In this document: positions 39,346 to 41,398 of the stretch, piece after piece
Numbering within the stretch: the first letter of the stretch is position 1
Layout of the letters: each line of letters starts with the position of its first letter
NCBI GenBank assembly: GCA_037443885.1
Contig: JBBINN010000001.1
Span: forward strand, 1 to 41,398
Reading direction: 5' to 3'
DNA length: 41,398 bases
Source: Gammaproteobacteria bacterium
Lineage (GTDB): Bacteria > Pseudomonadota > Gammaproteobacteria > Steroidobacterales > Steroidobacteraceae
The notes under the pieces: model-generated
The model's database searches: none
What the model was told of the DNA's origin: nothing
Seen by the model: the letters and a program-made list of their open reading frames with translations, nothing else
Program-made: the position numbers and the translations under genes

Positions 39346-40299
39346 ATGCCGATGCCCAAAGCGGCCCCGCCCCGGACCTTCCAGGACCTGATCCTCGCCC
39401 TGCAGCGCTACTGGGCCGAGCGCGGCTGCGTCATCCTGCAGCCCTACGACATGGAGATGGGGGCCGGCACGTTCCACACCGCCACCTTCCTGCGCGCGAT
39501 CGGCCCGGAGCCGTGGAGCGCCGCCTACGTGCAGCCCAGCCGTCGGCCCACCGACGGCCGCTACGGCGAGAACCCCTTCCGCCTGCAGCACTACTACCAG
39601 TTCCAGGTCGTCATCAAACCCTCGCCCGAGGACATCATCGAGATGTATCTGGGCTCGCTGCGCGCGCTGGGCTTCGACCCGCTGACACACGACATCCGCC
39701 TCGTCGAGGACAACTGGGAGTCGCCCACGCTCGGTGCCTGGGGCCTCGGCTGGGAAATCTGGCTGAACGGCATGGAGATCACGCAGTTCACCTACTTCCA
39801 GCAGGTCGGCGGCCTGGACTGCCGCCCCGTGATGGGCGAGATCACCTACGGTCTCGAGCGCCTCGCGATGTACCTGCAGGGCGTCGAGAGCGTCTACGAC
39901 CTCACCTGGACCGACGGCCCGCTCGGCCGCGTGACCTACGGCGACGTGTACCACCAGAACGAGGTGGAGCAGTCGAAATTCAACTTCGAGCATGCCGACG
40001 TCGCGGAGTTGTTCCGCCAGTTCGAGGCGCACGAGCGCGAATGCCAGCGCCTGCTCGAGCTCGGCCTGCCGCTGCCCGCCTACGAGCGCATGCTCAAGTC
40101 CTCGCACACCTTCAACCTGCTCGATGCGCGCAAGGCGATCTCGGTGACCGAGCGCCAGCGCTACATCCTGCGCGTGCGCGCCCTCGCCCGGGCCGTCGCC
40201 GAGGCCTATCACGCCAGCCGCGAGGCGCTCGGCTTCCCGATGCTCAGGGGACTGTCCCCGCAGGGGACTGTCCCCGTTTCGGACGGAGCGCCGCGATGA
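39346..40299 (+). CDS. glyQ: Glycine--tRNA ligase alpha subunit, with a REP-encoded C-terminal extension
   Basis: [47 protein letters not shown]...[23 protein letters not shown]...[22 protein letters not shown] are present. An alternative start lies at 39352. The stop overlaps the glyS ATG. Confidence 0.93.
   Translation: MPMPKAAPPRTFQDLILALQRYWAERGCVILQPYDMEMGAGTFHTATFLRAIGPEPWSAAYVQPSRRPTDGRYGENPFRLQHYYQFQVVIKPSPEDIIEMYLGSLRALGFDPLTHDIRLVEDNWESPTLGAWGLGWEIWLNGMEITQFTYFQQVGGLDCRPVMGEITYGLERLAMYLQGVESVYDLTWTDGPLGRVTYGDVYHQNEVEQSKFNFEHADVAELFRQFEAHERECQRLLELGLPLPAYERMLKSSHTFNLLDARKAISVTERQRYILRVRALARAVAEAYHASREALGFPMLRGLSPQGTVPVSDGAPR
40245..40276. repeat. Perfect tandem duplication (2 x 16 bp, caggggactgtccccg) of the REP-like palindrome GGGGAC-T-GTCCCC
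   Basis: The two copies are at 40245..40260 and 40261..40276 and are identical. They lie inside the last 18 codons of glyQ. Confidence 0.9.
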
Positions 40300-41398
40300 C
40301 CGACAAGCGCCGCGACTTCCTGGTCGAGATCGGCACCGAGGAACTGCCGCCCAAGTCGCTGCCCGAGCTGTCGCGCGCCTTCACGGAGGGCATCGCGACG
40401 CTGCTGGCGGAGGCTGGGCTCAAGCACGGCGCCATCGTTCCCTACGCCGCACCGCGACGCCTCGCCGTCTACGTGCCGCGCCTCGCGGAGCGGCAGCCCG
40501 ACCAGAGGGTCGAGCGTCGTGGCCCACCGGTGAGCGCAGCTTTCGACGCGGGGGGGCAGCCGACCCGCGCCGCGACCGCCTTCGCGCAGTCCTGCGGCAC
40601 CGAGGTCGCGTCGCTCGGGCGGATCACCGAGCCGAAGGGCGAGTTCCTGCACTACCGCGGCGTGCGCGCGGGCGCCGAGACCACGAGCCTGTTGCCCGGC
40701 ATCGTCCAGGCCTCGCTCGACCGGCTGCCGATCGCCAGGCGCATGCGCTGGGGCACCGGCGAGGCCGAGTTCGTCCGGCCGGTGCACTGGATCGTGATGC
40801 TCTTCGGCCGCGAGGTCGTGCCCTGCACCATCCTGGGCGTACCGGCCGGTCGCCAGACCCGCGGCCACCGCTTCCACGCGCCGAAGCCGATCAACGTCAG
40901 CTCGCCGGCGGCCTACGCACGATTGCTCGAGACGCGCGGCAAGGTACTCGCGGACTTCCGCAGGCGGCTTGAGCGCATCCGCGACGCCGTCACGGCACTC
41001 GGCGTGTCGCTCGGCGGCGAGGCCATGCTCGACGACGCGCTGCTCGACGAGGTCACGGCGCTGGTCGAGTGGCCGGTTCCCGTCGCCGGCCGCTTCGACG
41101 ACCGCTTCCTCGCGCTGCCGCCGGAGGTCGTGATTGCGACCGTGCAGGATCACCAGCGCTACTTCCCGGTGCGCGACGCGGCGGGCCGCCTCACGCAGTG
41201 GTTCATCACGGTCTCGAACATCGAGAGCGCGGATCCTGCCCAGGTGCGGGCCGGCAACGAGCGCGTGGTGCGCCCGCGCCTCGCGGACGCGGCCTTCTTC
41301 TGGGACACGGACCGCGCGCAGCCCCTCGCCGCCCGGCGCGACTCGCTCGGCGCGGTTACTTTCCAGACGCAGCTCGGCACGGTGCTCGCCAAGACGCT
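40296..41398 (+). CDS. glyS: Glycine--tRNA ligase beta subunit (5' partial, runs off the window)
   Basis: Manual translation from the ATG at 40296 gives [34 protein letters not shown]..., the canonical GlyS N-terminus. The frame is open to the window end and is therefore absent from the ORF track. Confidence 0.9.
   Translation, partial: MTDKRRDFLVEIGTEELPPKSLPELSRAFTEGIATLLAEAGLKHGAIVPYAAPRRLAVYVPRLAERQPDQRVERRGPPVSAAFDAGGQPTRAATAFAQSCGTEVASLGRITEPKGEFLHYRGVRAGAETTSLLPGIVQASLDRLPIARRMRWGTGEAEFVRPVHWIVMLFGREVVPCTILGVPAGRQTRGHRFHAPKPINVSSPAAYARLLETRGKVLADFRRRLERIRDAVTALGVSLGGEAMLDDALLDEVTALVEWPVPVAGRFDDRFLALPPEVVIATVQDHQRYFPVRDAAGRLTQWFITVSNIESADPAQVRAGNERVVRPRLADAAFFWDTDRAQPLAARRDSLGAVTFQTQLGTVLAKT

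Noticed and set aside
40245-40276. The tandem 16-bp repeat, considered as a possible minimal CRISPR array
   Set aside because: There are only two directly abutting copies with no spacers and no cas genes, and it lies inside glyQ. It is better explained as a duplicated REP-like palindrome.

Overview
This is a very GC-rich window, about 68-70% by eye, and reads as chromosomal core of a gammaproteobacterium-like organism. The evidence for that placement is conserved synteny: yibN-like rhodanese-grxC-secB-gpsA, envC/ctp, glnA-DUF4124-ntrB-ntrC, glyQ-glyS and dtd-tatABC.

Order of genes:
- TRAP solute-binding protein (-)
- an anomalous AT-rich spacer
- dtd and tatABC, coupled to a POT and an OPT peptide transporter, then an EamA exporter
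- two secreted amidohydrolase-fold proteins, one apparently lacking its metal ligands, with a PF04020 membrane protein and an SRPBCC protein
- a membrane GGDEF gene broken by a 1-nt frameshift inside the GGDEF codons
- S41 protease, then a GAF-GGDEF(degenerate)-EAL protein, then envC
- rhodanese-grxC-secB-gpsA
- an accessory insertion: a 1993-aa Rhs protein and a 76-aa immunity candidate
- trmL, an aromatic aminotransferase, a class-1 DHODH-like gene and an MscS-family channel preceded by a G16 tract
- a 1075-aa S8/PA-domain protease and a lipoprotein
- ntrC-ntrB-DUF4124-glnA, with a good sigma-54 promoter and NtrC-like sites
- glyQ and partial glyS

The only clear accessory system is the Rhs module. 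It has a Sec signal peptide, then SpvB-like, FG-GAP and RHS-cage regions, and a C-terminal tip that by eye matches the TNT (PF14021) NAD+ glycohydrolase signature. A small lower-GC ORF is translationally coupled to it. No TcA, T6SS, PAAR or VgrG partner is in the window.

Other points worth checking:
- a 16-bp GGGGACTGTCCCC-core REP-like family, one tandem pair of which is translated as the tail of glyQ
- the homopolymer tract upstream of the MscS-family gene
- the phased CCACT repeats in the AT-rich spacer
- the frameshifted diguanylate cyclase

No tRNA, rRNA, CRISPR array, transposase or integrase was recognised. All family assignments come from motif recognition by eye. No searches were run.
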